A stretch of 64,000 nt of DNA from a virus. Positions 1 to 14,128 of this stretch are shown one piece after another. The first letter of the stretch is position 1; every line of letters begins with the position of its first letter. The DNA lies in the IMG/VR virus record IMGVR_UViG_3300032116_000013, positions 133,425-197,424 of that record; one strand, 5' to 3'. The notes beneath the pieces are model-generated. The model saw nothing but the letters and a program-made list of their open reading frames with translations, had not been told where the DNA came from and did no database searches. A program made the position numbers and the translations under genes.

Positions 1-1
1 T

Positions 2-2125
2 ATTCCAAATAGATCAATCATACTTTCTACAGATAATCTATCCAGAGATGCTCTTTCTACATTAATAGGAAACAATATTAATATTGTTTCAGGTACAAAT
101 ATGGGCTTCTCAGCCAATGTTTTACAAGTAGTTTCTAACACAGCACTAGGATGTTTAGAAGCAATTGTTGATGCAACTCTACCATCATACTCTACGTCAA
201 ATACAGTATATTCTATTGGAATGCATAAAGTAGATGACGTTGGCGGTCTATATGGAATATTCCATATCCCTTCGCAAGATAAACTTCGATGGTTGACTGG
301 AGAAAGAGTATTTACTATCACAGATACTGCAACTCATAATGACAACAATTATAAAATGAGAGCAATATCCAAATATACTGTTCTAGGTAAATTAAACTCC
401 ACTGAAAACGCCAGAAATTTTGTTTTGAGAGAACAGACTCCAAGCAATCAACAGGCTGTTCCAAGTATTTTACAAGAAACACAGAAAATAAATGACAGAA
501 AATACATGGCACAAACTTTCTTCACGCCAAAGGCTAATGAGATAGTCAATGGTCAAGTGAAGAATTCATATGGAATATTTTTAAGTTCTATTGATCTATT
601 CTTTAAGTCTAAGCCTACTGATCCAGATGAATACTTGCCATTTACTGTAGCAATTTGTAAAGTGGAAAATGGATTACCAAGCGATTCTATCATAGCAGAA
701 AGAACATTAGAACCAGGATATATTAAAGTATCAGATAAACCTAGCACTGGTAATGTGCTATCTATGACTAAGTTTTCTTTCGCTGACCCAGTCTATTTGC
801 TACCATCAACTGAATATGCGATTAAATTAATTACTGAATCTCCAGATTATGAGGTTTGGACTGCAACAATGGGCGCTGACTATACTGACGAAAGTGGTAA
901 TATTCGCAAAGTTTCAGATCAGCCTTATGTTGGTAATTTCTTTACTTCTCAAAATGCCTCTAACTGGAATCCTATTCTAAACAAAGATTTAATGTTTGTT
1001 TTAAATAGAGCATCTTTTGAAGCAAGCAAAGAACTATACTTTACTGTTGCTGCTGATTCTGATACTATCAAAAATATAGTTATGGACGCTGTTAAAATTT
1101 CTGCAACAGAGCAGCAATTTGCTCCAACTTCTATCAAATATGAAATTAAAACTTTATTGACTGATGGAACAACAGTAGCGGATTTTGTTAAATTAGACAA
1201 TAATGAAATCTATAACTTTGGAAAAGACACAGATATCTCTAGCATAAATTCTAAGAGAAGAAGATTAATTCCTGTTGCAAATGTGACCTCACTAAACGTA
1301 AAGGTTACTATGTCTACAACAGACTCTACTGTTTCCCCAATCATCAATAGAGAAAGATTTGGATTATTTACAATTCAAAACATTATTAATAATGCTGGTA
1401 TCTCTAATAACTTGATTTCTATTACAAGTTCTGGAACTCATATCAATCCAGCAAATATTAATGTTGAAATTAGCGAACCTGATTTTGGTGGAAATAGAGC
1501 AACTGCTAATGTAACACCTGCTCTATTCAGTTCTGGTAAGGTTCTTGGAATAAATATTATAAATCCAGGTTCTGGATATTTCTCAACACCAACAATTAAA
1601 ATTACTGAAGTTGGATCGTCATCCAATGCTACTGCTGTGGTAAACGGTGAGACTGATTCTTCTGGTGGTAATATTCTTGCCAAGTATCAAACAAAAATTG
1701 TGACTTTAGCAGATGGATTTGATTCTGGTGATCTAGTTGTTAAAATGGAAGCAATTAAACCTTCTGGCACTGAAATTGCTGTGTATTTCAAGGTTCTATC
1801 TGCTCTAGATAACGAATCTATCACAGTCAAGAAGTGGCAAAGAATGAGAGAAACTACTAACCCATCTAAATACTCTCCAGATCAAGTAACAAAAGTTCCT
1901 ATTGAGTTTAGACAATCATTAGATAACGGACAAATAGAATACTTTGAAGGCGGCAAGTCATATCCTCTAGGTGGAACATTTAAATATTTTGCAATCAAAA
2001 TCAGAATGACTGCTCAAGATCCTACTGTTGTTCCTATGGTTGAGTCTCTAAAGGTAATCGCAGTTCCAGGCGAAATACCTCTCAAGAAGGATGTCGACGG
2101 CGGCTTGTACGCAGGTACTGTGTAA
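2..2125 (+). CDS. Large virion structural protein, C-terminal part (DUF4815-like, T4-like phage); 5' truncated
   Basis: Frame is open from position 2 (IPNRSIILSTDNLSRD...) through the Met at 101. Motifs AQTFF..GIFLSSIDLFFKSKP, YEVWTATMG, QPYVGNFFTSQNASNW and YFAIKIRM resemble the large structural proteins of T4-like cyanophages. Confidence 0.7.
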   Translation: MPNRSIILSTDNLSRDALSTLIGNNINIVSGTNMGFSANVLQVVSNTALGCLEAIVDATLPSYSTSNTVYSIGMHKVDDVGGLYGIFHIPSQDKLRWLTGERVFTITDTATHNDNNYKMRAISKYTVLGKLNSTENARNFVLREQTPSNQQAVPSILQETQKINDRKYMAQTFFTPKANEIVNGQVKNSYGIFLSSIDLFFKSKPTDPDEYLPFTVAICKVENGLPSDSIIAERTLEPGYIKVSDKPSTGNVLSMTKFSFADPVYLLPSTEYAIKLITESPDYEVWTATMGADYTDESGNIRKVSDQPYVGNFFTSQNASNWNPILNKDLMFVLNRASFEASKELYFTVAADSDTIKNIVMDAVKISATEQQFAPTSIKYEIKTLLTDGTTVADFVKLDNNEIYNFGKDTDISSINSKRRRLIPVANVTSLNVKVTMSTTDSTVSPIINRERFGLFTIQNIINNAGISNNLISITSSGTHINPANINVEISEPDFGGNRATANVTPALFSSGKVLGINIINPGSGYFSTPTIKITEVGSSSNATAVVNGETDSSGGNILAKYQTKIVTLADGFDSGDLVVKMEAIKPSGTEIAVYFKVLSALDNESITVKKWQRMRETTNPSKYSPDQVTKVPIEFRQSLDNGQIEYFEGGKSYPLGGTFKYFAIKIRMTAQDPTVVPMVESLKVIAVPGEIPLKKDVDGGLYAGTV

Positions 2126-2126
2126 T

Positions 2127-2333
2127 ATGAAAGTTCAAATTGAAGGAACACAATACAGTCGAGATTTGACTAATATGGCTGTACTGTGTACAGATAATTC
2201 CATTGCTGAAAAGTACAAAAGAGATTTAATGTCTCACTATCAAAATCAGCGTAGGGATGAAGAAATAAATATGCTAAAACAAGAGATGTCCCAAATTAAA
2301 ACTATGTTAAAAGAATTGATTGACAGAGGATAA
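2127..2333 (+). CDS. Small coiled-coil hypothetical protein
   Basis: ATG at 2127 lies directly after the upstream stop (track start 2091 overlaps the previous gene). Sequence MKVQIEGTQYSRD...EINMLKQEMSQIKTMLKELIDRG. Confidence 0.7.
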   Translation: MKVQIEGTQYSRDLTNMAVLCTDNSIAEKYKRDLMSHYQNQRRDEEINMLKQEMSQIKTMLKELIDRG

Positions 2334-2334
2334 A

Positions 2335-3831
2335 ATGGCAAACGCAAATATTTCAATTGTAAATTTAGTTAATACGTTTGATGAATGGCGTACAGCCACA
2401 AATGTCCTAATTCAAGACAGAAACATTCTCAGAAATCATGCTTATGTGAAGGATGAGTCTGATTTTATACTGGCTAATGGTGCAATTACTCTTGCTAGAT
2501 CCACCAATGGAACTCTCTTAACACTATTGGGTTATGCCAATGCTTACATTGGTGGTGACGTTAGCACAGGCAATTTAACTGTTCGTCAGAATGCAACTAT
2601 AGGTAATTTGACTGTCACAGGCAGACAAACTAATCTAGGCGATGTTGTAAATGATTCTGATAAAATTGTATTAAGAGCAACTTCATCTACTGATGGGACT
2701 GGAACTCTTAGAGTAAACAGAGGATTGCCAACTAAAAATGCTGAGATATATTTCAATAATACAGCAGAAGTCTGGCAGACTAACTATGATACATCAACTC
2801 AAACGTATAAAACAATTTTAACAACTGCAAACGTAATAGATTCAGTCACATCAACTAGTACTGCAAATGCTGCTGCGCCGAATTCAGTAAAATTAGCATA
2901 TGATACTGCTGGCGCTGCAGCAAATACAACCAGAGTTTCAGCAAACGGTCTGTCTACTCTTTCGCTAAGAGGATTAAATTTTGTTAATACCGCTACTGTT
3001 ACAGTAAGTATTACTGATGGCGCAGGTGCTGCTGCTGGTAATGCAAATATTGCATTTACAGCCACAAATATTTCTCCAGCGATCACAGTAAAAGATGAAG
3101 GAACAAATTTAACTACAACTCTTTCTAGTATAGATTTCACAGGCACAGGCGTCACAGCATCTGCTGTTGGAAATGCTGTTACTGTAAACATTCCAAGTGC
3201 AGGTGGTTCACAAGGTATTCAAGGTCTCCAAGGCATTCAAGGAATACAAGGAATACAAGGACCACAAGGATTACAAGGTCGCCAAGGAATACAAGGAATA
3301 CAAGGACCACAAGGTCTTCAGGGTATACAAGGTCCTCAAAGTGTTCAAGGTCTACAAGGGTTACAGGGCATTCAAGGAATACAAGGACCAACAGGTATTG
3401 CAGGAACTCAATATCTTCATCATGTAACCAGTGGTTACACCAGCAGCGGAAAAGTTCATGTTCGTTCTTCTGCACCACCAGCAGGAAATACTCAAGGCGA
3501 CATTTGGATTGATACTGCTGGTACTGAAGGGTTCGATCAAATTCTTACTTCCAATGGATATACGAAACTTCCGAATGGATTAATTATGCAATGGGGTTAT
3601 TGGGAATCTACATCAACTTTTGTAGGCGAGCAAGCAATAGTATTCCCTACAACATTCCCAACTGCATTTTTAAATGCAACTGCTACTGCGATAGGAGTAG
3701 ATGGAAATTCAGACTGCTGGGCGGAAGTAACTTGGCAAACGCCAACTACTACAGGCATGACTGTAAGGTTACAGACTACTCGCGCAGGTGCAGCAACTAA
3801 GGGCTTTTATTGGACAGCAATAGGATATTAA
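2335..3831 (+). CDS. Tail fibre protein with short collagen segment and C-terminal gp53-like/lectin-type domain
   Basis: Probable start at 2335 after AGAGGA. N-terminus NTFDEWR is typical of T4-like fibres. It has ~22 G-X-Q triplets and a C-terminal [29 protein letters not shown] domain. Confidence 0.8.
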   Translation: MANANISIVNLVNTFDEWRTATNVLIQDRNILRNHAYVKDESDFILANGAITLARSTNGTLLTLLGYANAYIGGDVSTGNLTVRQNATIGNLTVTGRQTNLGDVVNDSDKIVLRATSSTDGTGTLRVNRGLPTKNAEIYFNNTAEVWQTNYDTSTQTYKTILTTANVIDSVTSTSTANAAAPNSVKLAYDTAGAAANTTRVSANGLSTLSLRGLNFVNTATVTVSITDGAGAAAGNANIAFTATNISPAITVKDEGTNLTTTLSSIDFTGTGVTASAVGNAVTVNIPSAGGSQGIQGLQGIQGIQGIQGPQGLQGRQGIQGIQGPQGLQGIQGPQSVQGLQGLQGIQGIQGPTGIAGTQYLHHVTSGYTSSGKVHVRSSAPPAGNTQGDIWIDTAGTEGFDQILTSNGYTKLPNGLIMQWGYWESTSTFVGEQAIVFPTTFPTAFLNATATAIGVDGNSDCWAEVTWQTPTTTGMTVRLQTTRAGAATKGFYWTAIGY

Positions 3832-3832
3832 T

Positions 3833-4204
3833 ATGACAATTTATTATAGCAGCACTGGTAGAGGTTTCTACGATACAACTCTGAACTACGCAAGTCTTCC
3901 TGATGATATTATTGAAGTAACACCAGAACAACACTACGCACTCCTTAAAGAAATTAATAGCAATAATAAAGTTATTGTTGTGGTTGATGGTGCAATTCAA
4001 CTAAAGGAAAGACCTGCTCCAGCTAAAACTTGGGAACAAATCAGAATCCAGCGTAATTATTTGTTGGCTGAATCTGATTATACTCAGTTACCAGATTTTT
4101 CTGGCGACAAAGAGGCTTGGGCAGCATATCGTTTACAACTGAGAGATATTACAATCACATTCTCTACTCCAGATGAAGTTGTATTTCCGCAAAAACCAAA
4201 TTAA
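3833..4204 (+). CDS. Tail fibre assembly chaperone (Tfa-like)
   Basis: YYSSTGRGFYD N-terminus and WEQIRIQRNYLLAESDYTQLPD...WAAYRLQLRDIT C-terminus; directly follows a fibre gene. Confidence 0.8.
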   Translation: MTIYYSSTGRGFYDTTLNYASLPDDIIEVTPEQHYALLKEINSNNKVIVVVDGAIQLKERPAPAKTWEQIRIQRNYLLAESDYTQLPDFSGDKEAWAAYRLQLRDITITFSTPDEVVFPQKPN

Positions 4205-4231
4205 ATTTTAATTTGGCAGTTGATAATTTAA

Positions 4232-8185
<3,954 letters not shown>

Positions 8186-8218
8186 ATAAATGATTGATGA
8201 ATCAAAGGAAATCAATTC

Positions 8219-8923
8219 ATGGCTTTATTAAGAGTGTGGAACGGGACCACTTGGGTCAAACCATATTTTAATAAAACCAGAATATGGAACGGTTCACAGT
8301 GGGCATACACAAAAACTAAATTTTGGAAAGATGGTCAGTGGAAAGAATCATCAATAACTATCACTCCAGATATTTTTAACTCTGGTGTATCTCAAAATAT
8401 TATTGCTCCTCCTAACTCATTTAGCGTTGTTATTAAACTTTGGGGTGGTGGTGGTGCTGGTTCCTCAATTGCTAATGGTTATGGTGCAGGCGGCGGTGGT
8501 GGTGCGTATTGTCAAAAAACTATGGCAGTCACAGCAGGTGTTACAGCATTTACATATTCAGTTGCTGCTCAAACAGCATTAACAGCATATGGAAATCAAA
8601 ATCCAGCAAGCGGCTATTATTCTGAAGTAACAGGAGCAGTAACATTGTTTGCTGGTGGTGGTGGTAGTGGATATGGTAATCCTGCTTTAGGTGGTCTAGG
8701 TGGATCAGCAACTGGCGGTGATCTAAATATCTCAGGTAACAATGGTTTAGATGCAGTATTTGGTGGTAATGGTGGAAATGCTGCATATGGCGGAGGAGCA
8801 GGTGGAACTGGTTCCGCAGGCGCTGGTGCTGCTCCTGGTGGTGGTGGCGCAGGCGGACAAGATGACGCAGGTGGTCGCGGCGCAGCAGGAAGAATTATTT
8901 TTGAGTGGTATATAAGCGAATAA
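8219..8923 (+). CDS. Glycine-rich virion protein (possible fibre-tip adhesin)
   Basis: Three N-terminal W-x-x-G-x-x-W repeats followed by multiple GGGG motifs. Confidence 0.65.
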   Translation: MALLRVWNGTTWVKPYFNKTRIWNGSQWAYTKTKFWKDGQWKESSITITPDIFNSGVSQNIIAPPNSFSVVIKLWGGGGAGSSIANGYGAGGGGGAYCQKTMAVTAGVTAFTYSVAAQTALTAYGNQNPASGYYSEVTGAVTLFAGGGGSGYGNPALGGLGGSATGGDLNISGNNGLDAVFGGNGGNAAYGGGAGGTGSAGAGAAPGGGGAGGQDDAGGRGAAGRIIFEWYISE

Positions 8924-8930
8924 GTAAATA
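8923..8930 (+). promoter_or_regulatory. T4-type late promoter candidate (AGTAAATA)
   Basis: TAAATA core in the short intergenic gap before 8950. Confidence 0.35.
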
Positions 8931-8949
8931 CTAACATAGGCAGAATTTA

Positions 8950-11900
8950 ATGGCAGACGATAGAATTATTCATAAAAGATCTGGAACTTCTCAAGAAGTT
9001 CCGACCGCCGATCAATTAGTATTCGGCGAACTGGCTGTTAATTACGCCGATGGTCGTTTGTTCACTAAACTGTTAGATGGTTCTGTTACTGATCTAACAG
9101 GTTTGCCTGAATCTAATAATACAATTTATGTTTCTTTGGGTGGTAATGATAATAATAACGGTAAAGAACCCGCTGCTGCTAAAAGAACAATCAAAGCAGC
9201 ATTGAATGCTGCTACTCCATTTACAACTATTGATATTTCTGCTGGAGTTTTTGAAGAAGATACTCCTTTGATTATGCCACAATTTACAACGATTCACGGC
9301 ATCGATCAGCGTATTACAACAGTTAGACCATTAAGTGCAACATTTACTGCAACAATTTCAGGGACAACAATGACTGTAACAGCAGTCACAAAAGGTCGCC
9401 TAAAAATTGGCATGCAATTAAGTGGAACTGGAATTACAACAGGAACAAAAATTACTGATTTTGTTTCTGGTGATGTGATGGGATTTGTTGGCGTCTATAC
9501 TATCAGCACTTCTCATACTATCGCATCACCTACCACTATTAATGCAATTTCTTTAAGAGATATTTTCTGGGTAAATAATTCTTGCTACATTGCTGGTCTA
9601 GCAATGAGAGGTCATTTAAGTCCATCATTTGCTGTAGCATTCCCAGACGTTGTTGAAACTGGAACAGCAGAAGGTCCTGGTCCTGGCGCTAATACAATTG
9701 TTCTAGATAGAAGACATGCCGTCACTGGAGACGGTTTAGATGATTATTATCGCGAGATGAGATTACAAATCACCAGTGGAACTGGCGCAGGACAAACTAG
9801 AAATGTTCTTTCGTATAGCACAGAAACTAGAACAGCGTATCTAGATGCTAACTGGACTACAGCAATCAATTCAACATCAGTCTACAAGATAGATATTGAA
9901 ATTCCTGCTGTTCCAAATCTTCCAGTTACAAAAAGATACAGCCAACACATTACAGCCTCTCCATATCTCTACAATCTTGCATCAGTAACTACAACTGGTT
10001 CAGGGATGGAGATCGATGGATTTAAAGCGGCTGGACTTCGCTCATTCGTATCTGCGCAGTTTACGCAGTTTAACTCTGGTGGTGAAGGCGTCGTCATTAA
10101 GAACATGGGCTATGCTCAGTTGGTTTCCATTTATGGTATTTGCTGTGATGTTGCATTTAGAGCAGAATCTGGCGGCACAGCATCAATGGGTAACTGTAAC
10201 GTCAACTTCGGTAATCGCGGTCTAGTGGCAAATGGCGTTGGTCCATTGCTAATGACAGGCAAATCTGGCTTCGTGTATAATGAAACAAAATGCTCAAGAG
10301 ACACAAAATTAATTGTTGATGCAGTCGCTCAAGACTTGTTGTTCGGTGGTCAGTCTCAGTCAACATTTGCTGGTATTCAATATTGGAACCAAGATCCACT
10401 TACAGCAACCAGCGCATCTTCAATTGCAATCGGAACAGGTTCAAAAGCATTCAATGTCGGAACTGGAGTTGCAAGTTTAGATGCTGGTGAGTATGTCAAG
10501 GTAGTTTACGATGAAGATAATATGATGTATGGTACAATTACATCATATGTTGGATCAACTCTTACACTAAACATTACTCACGTAGTTGGTAGCGGAACAT
10601 ATGCTAGTTGGTCTATTTACACACCAGGTTCCCTCGAAGTTCCTGCTTCTCAGATAACTGCCACATACCAAGCAATTCAACAGGCTGGTATTATAGCAGC
10701 AACTTTTGTTGCAACTACTGCAGAAAAGAATTTCGTTACTGCCGCATGCAATAAAATTGTAGATATCATTCGATACGGAACAGCAAGATTAACAGATCAA
10801 ATAGTACCAAACACTTTAGATGCTAGCACAGTTGGCGCTGTGACTGCTGCATATTCAGCCTTGCAAACTAATAAGGGAAGCAAGACAACTGCTGGAAGTA
10901 TCATCAAATTAACTCTAGACTGGATTCAGGCTAACTATCCAGCATTGTATGCAGATTCTGCAATTATGGATCGCTGCGCAACTGACTTAGGATATATCGT
11001 TGACTGCGTTTCATTCGATCTTTTGTACAATGCAGATCCAACTTACGCTGCACCATCAAATAAACAAACCATTCAGGCTGGTGTGTACTATTATGGTTAC
11101 ACGTCAGTGAGTGCAGTTGGTGATGAAATTCCTCAAACTGTTGCTGCTTATGAAAGAATTAAGGCTCTTGCAGCATATGTTGCTATGGACACCGCTGTTC
11201 CAGCAGATCTAAAATATCAATCAGCAGTTGCACAAGACCTAACTGGTTCAGGCGGAACATCAACTCAAGCAGCAACTTCTAACACTAATTTGACTTGGAT
11301 CACCAATATTATTCAGAACGGTCCATCCGTTGTTCCTTCTAACTTGTTTACACCTATTCCTTTGACTAGAAGCAGCGATCCTAATGTTCAAAACGCTGCT
11401 AGATTGTTAAAGTTGAATAGAGATTTCATTGCTGCTGAAACTACTGCTTATCTAAACACAGTATTTGGTGGCAATAATCAGACAGGATTTACGATCAGAG
11501 TAAGTAATATTGTTCCTGTAACTGATATTCGATTCAATATTACACCAGACACGAAACCATATCTCGGTCTTGTAATGCAAATTGAAGGTGAAACAACCCT
11601 TGATATTCAATTAGGACCAGGATATACTGTCGGCGATGTAATTAAGGTTTCATATGATGCTTCGAACTTCTTCGTCGGAACAGTTATTGCTTGGGATACT
11701 GTAACTGAAACTGCTACGATATCAATTTCAAGTACGACAGGATCAGGCACATACTCCAACTGGAATACAATCATTAATGGGCAAACTGCTCCTAATGGAA
11801 AACCAGGAAGATTCACGCAAAATATTACTCTCCCAGTTACTGGCACAATATCAATTCCAGGATTGGATACAAGTCTTGTAATTCCAAAATACAGAACTAT

Positions 11901-12312
11901 TCTTGCTGCTGAAACTTCAGGTGATATAACTACGCTTGAGTTGGATGAACGAATAACTGGTGCATTAACAATTAATGGTGTTGCTTATCCAAACGGACTA
12001 CCTAAAGGCACTAATGTGAAGTTCTATCAGAAGTCTGCTCTTTCTGCTTCAGGTCAAACATTTGAATTCGTTGGTTCTGGAACATCTGTTGCTACAGCAC
12101 TTCCTAGAAACGGCGGCGACATTATTCAAGCAAATGAAACCGTGTCAAGTAATGGTGGTATAGTATACTTCACCTCTACTGACCAATTCGGTAACTTTAG
12201 AATTGGTGAGGATTTGGTTATTAACTTCAATACAGGAACTTTGTCTGGTAGAACATTCACTAGATCATTGTTCGCTCAAATCACACCGTTCGTTCTTGCT
12301 CTAGACTCTTAA
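8950..12312 (+). CDS. Large fibre/structural protein (1120 aa)
   Basis: N-terminal IIHKRSGT..VPTADQLVFGELAVNYADGRLF anchor (Mtd-N/hyaluronidase-N-like), IYVSLGGNDNNNG..KRTIKAAL beta-helix start, internal repeats (C..D...IVD.V..DLL twice; GSGTY..W twice). Confidence 0.7.
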   Translation: MADDRIIHKRSGTSQEVPTADQLVFGELAVNYADGRLFTKLLDGSVTDLTGLPESNNTIYVSLGGNDNNNGKEPAAAKRTIKAALNAATPFTTIDISAGVFEEDTPLIMPQFTTIHGIDQRITTVRPLSATFTATISGTTMTVTAVTKGRLKIGMQLSGTGITTGTKITDFVSGDVMGFVGVYTISTSHTIASPTTINAISLRDIFWVNNSCYIAGLAMRGHLSPSFAVAFPDVVETGTAEGPGPGANTIVLDRRHAVTGDGLDDYYREMRLQITSGTGAGQTRNVLSYSTETRTAYLDANWTTAINSTSVYKIDIEIPAVPNLPVTKRYSQHITASPYLYNLASVTTTGSGMEIDGFKAAGLRSFVSAQFTQFNSGGEGVVIKNMGYAQLVSIYGICCDVAFRAESGGTASMGNCNVNFGNRGLVANGVGPLLMTGKSGFVYNETKCSRDTKLIVDAVAQDLLFGGQSQSTFAGIQYWNQDPLTATSASSIAIGTGSKAFNVGTGVASLDAGEYVKVVYDEDNMMYGTITSYVGSTLTLNITHVVGSGTYASWSIYTPGSLEVPASQITATYQAIQQAGIIAATFVATTAEKNFVTAACNKIVDIIRYGTARLTDQIVPNTLDASTVGAVTAAYSALQTNKGSKTTAGSIIKLTLDWIQANYPALYADSAIMDRCATDLGYIVDCVSFDLLYNADPTYAAPSNKQTIQAGVYYYGYTSVSAVGDEIPQTVAAYERIKALAAYVAMDTAVPADLKYQSAVAQDLTGSGGTSTQAATSNTNLTWITNIIQNGPSVVPSNLFTPIPLTRSSDPNVQNAARLLKLNRDFIAAETTAYLNTVFGGNNQTGFTIRVSNIVPVTDIRFNITPDTKPYLGLVMQIEGETTLDIQLGPGYTVGDVIKVSYDASNFFVGTVIAWDTVTETATISISSTTGSGTYSNWNTIINGQTAPNGKPGRFTQNITLPVTGTISIPGLDTSLVIPKYRTILAAETSGDITTLELDERITGALTINGVAYPNGLPKGTNVKFYQKSALSASGQTFEFVGSGTSVATALPRNGGDIIQANETVSSNGGIVYFTSTDQFGNFRIGEDLVINFNTGTLSGRTFTRSLFAQITPFVLALDS

Positions 12313-12331
12313 TAGAAAATAGGATAAAAAA

Positions 12332-12670
12332 ATGGCAGTACTAGTACCACTAAATACATTTAAGTCTTTAACGAAGACAGTGACTAACGTAGATCAAATT
12401 GCATATACGGCTCCAATAGGAGTTTCAACAGTTGTTCTTCTTTCTCAGTTTGTAAACATTACTTCATCCTCGGGGACTGTAACTGCTAAAATTGTAAAGA
12501 GCGGAACTCCGACAGAACTTATCAAAGATTTTGCAATTCCAGGAAATGATGCTGGAACTGTTTTAACAGGTAGATTAGTTTTAGAAGAAGGCGATCAAAT
12601 CCTCATTAGTGCAAGTGATCTAAATAAATTTAAATTTATTTTTTCATATCTTGAAACCGCCAACGCTTAA
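12332..12670 (+). CDS. Small beta-rich virion adaptor-like protein; paralogue of 31627..31956
   Basis: NTFK..., LTGRLVLEEGD is shared with LTGKLVLEAGD in 31627..31956. Confidence 0.7.
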   Translation: MAVLVPLNTFKSLTKTVTNVDQIAYTAPIGVSTVVLLSQFVNITSSSGTVTAKIVKSGTPTELIKDFAIPGNDAGTVLTGRLVLEEGDQILISASDLNKFKFIFSYLETANA

Positions 12671-12684
12671 AGAAGATTTTAAAA

Positions 12685-13779
12685 ATGACAAAACTTATTA
12701 GTGGTAAAAAGAAAACAGTAGGTCCAGTCGCAGCACAGGACGTAACAACTCGTCATGATTTCGTAGATTTAAGTTTAGTTGAACCTAATCTTGGAATAAG
12801 CACTGTTGGATATGTTCTGTCATATGATCCCAGTGCTCCTGGTCACAGAAAATGGGTAGTTCCTGCTGTTCAAGGAACTCAAGGAACAACTGGTGGTCAA
12901 GGAATCCAAGGTATTCAAGGCATTCAGGGTCTACAAGGCATCCAAGGTATTCAAGGTATTCAAGGTATTCAAGGGCTAGTTGGCTCTCAAGGTACTTCTG
13001 GTGTAAATCCACCAAGTATCCAAGGCATCCAAGGTATTCAAGGTATTCAAGGTATTCAGGGGCTAGTTGGCTCTCAAGGAACCTCAGGGGTATCACCCCC
13101 AACAGTGCAGGGTCTTCAAGGTATTCAAGGTATCCAAGGTATTCAGGGGTTAATAGGTTCACAAGGTTCCACAGGAACTGCAATTAATGGCACCCAAGGT
13201 TTACAAGGCATCCAAGGTATTCAAGGTATTCAAGGTATTCAAGGGCTAATTGGTTCGCAGGGTGGAACTGGAACAGCGAGCCAGGGTTTACAAGGCATTC
13301 AAGGCATTCAAGGTATCCAAGGCATTCAAGGTTTACAAGGACCAAAAGGAGATACAACTGGTGGTAATGTCGGAGACATAATACCAACACCTTCTGTTGC
13401 TGGTAGAGTCGCTGTTTTCAGTTCTCCTACTACGATTACAGGTTATCCAACATTTACATTTAACAACACTACTGGTACAGTTACATCAGTTGACTACAAT
13501 TCAACGTCAGATAAAAAGTTAAAAACCAATATTAAAAACATTGAAAATCCTCTACAGATAATCAATAAATTAAATGGTGTTACATTTAAGTGGATAAATC
13601 AAACTGATGCAACGACACACGTAGGTCTTATTGCACAAGAAGTTGAGAGCGTTATACCTTCTGCTGTAAGCGTTGATCTTGGTGGATATCTAGCAGTTAG
13701 TTATGATAAACTTATCCCAGTTTTACTAGAGGCTGTTAAAGAATTGAATGAAAGAATAAAAGTTCTGGAAAACAAATAG
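12685..13779 (+). CDS. Collagen-like fibre with C-terminal intramolecular chaperone (peptidase S74)
   Basis: GIQ repeats, then TSDKKLKTNIKNIENPLQIINKLNGVTFKW...GLIAQEVE...VSYDKLIPVLLEAVKEL (S74 signature with S..K+5 dyad). Confidence 0.85.
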   Translation: MTKLISGKKKTVGPVAAQDVTTRHDFVDLSLVEPNLGISTVGYVLSYDPSAPGHRKWVVPAVQGTQGTTGGQGIQGIQGIQGLQGIQGIQGIQGIQGLVGSQGTSGVNPPSIQGIQGIQGIQGIQGLVGSQGTSGVSPPTVQGLQGIQGIQGIQGLIGSQGSTGTAINGTQGLQGIQGIQGIQGIQGLIGSQGGTGTASQGLQGIQGIQGIQGIQGLQGPKGDTTGGNVGDIIPTPSVAGRVAVFSSPTTITGYPTFTFNNTTGTVTSVDYNSTSDKKLKTNIKNIENPLQIINKLNGVTFKWINQTDATTHVGLIAQEVESVIPSAVSVDLGGYLAVSYDKLIPVLLEAVKELNERIKVLENK

Positions 13780-13792
13780 TAGGCGAAGTAAA

Positions 13793-14128
13793 ATGAGTTA
13801 CACAGAACTTACAATTGATCAAGGATCAACATTTAATTACGAGATCAATTTAAAACAGCAAGATGGCACAAGTTTGAATTTGACTAACTGTGTATTCACA
13901 GGTCAAATCCGTAAATCATATTATTCTAGAAAACAAACTGCAAATTTAACTATCAATGTAATTGATTCTGCAAATGGAAAAATCAATTTGACTCTTACTG
14001 CAGCCAACACTGCTACTATTGCTGCTGGTAGATATTTGTACGATGTTAAGATGGCAAATACTGCTAACGGCGTTGTAAGTAGAATTTATGAGGGAGTCGC
14101 GACTGTTACGCCACAGGTTACGAAATGA
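13793..14128 (+). CDS. Ig-like baseplate/fibre adaptor protein
   Basis: ELTIDQGSTF...QIRKSY...GKINLTLTAANT...GRYLYDV..RIYEG.ATVTP pattern typical of small T4-like virion proteins. Confidence 0.6.
   Translation: MSYTELTIDQGSTFNYEINLKQQDGTSLNLTNCVFTGQIRKSYYSRKQTANLTINVIDSANGKINLTLTAANTATIAAGRYLYDVKMANTANGVVSRIYEGVATVTPQVTK

Noticed and set aside
8950-12312. Mtd-like N-terminus suggesting a diversity-generating retroelement target
   Set aside because: No reverse transcriptase or template/variable repeat pair differing at adenines was seen in the window. The 97-bp collagen repeat is exact and not C-terminal.
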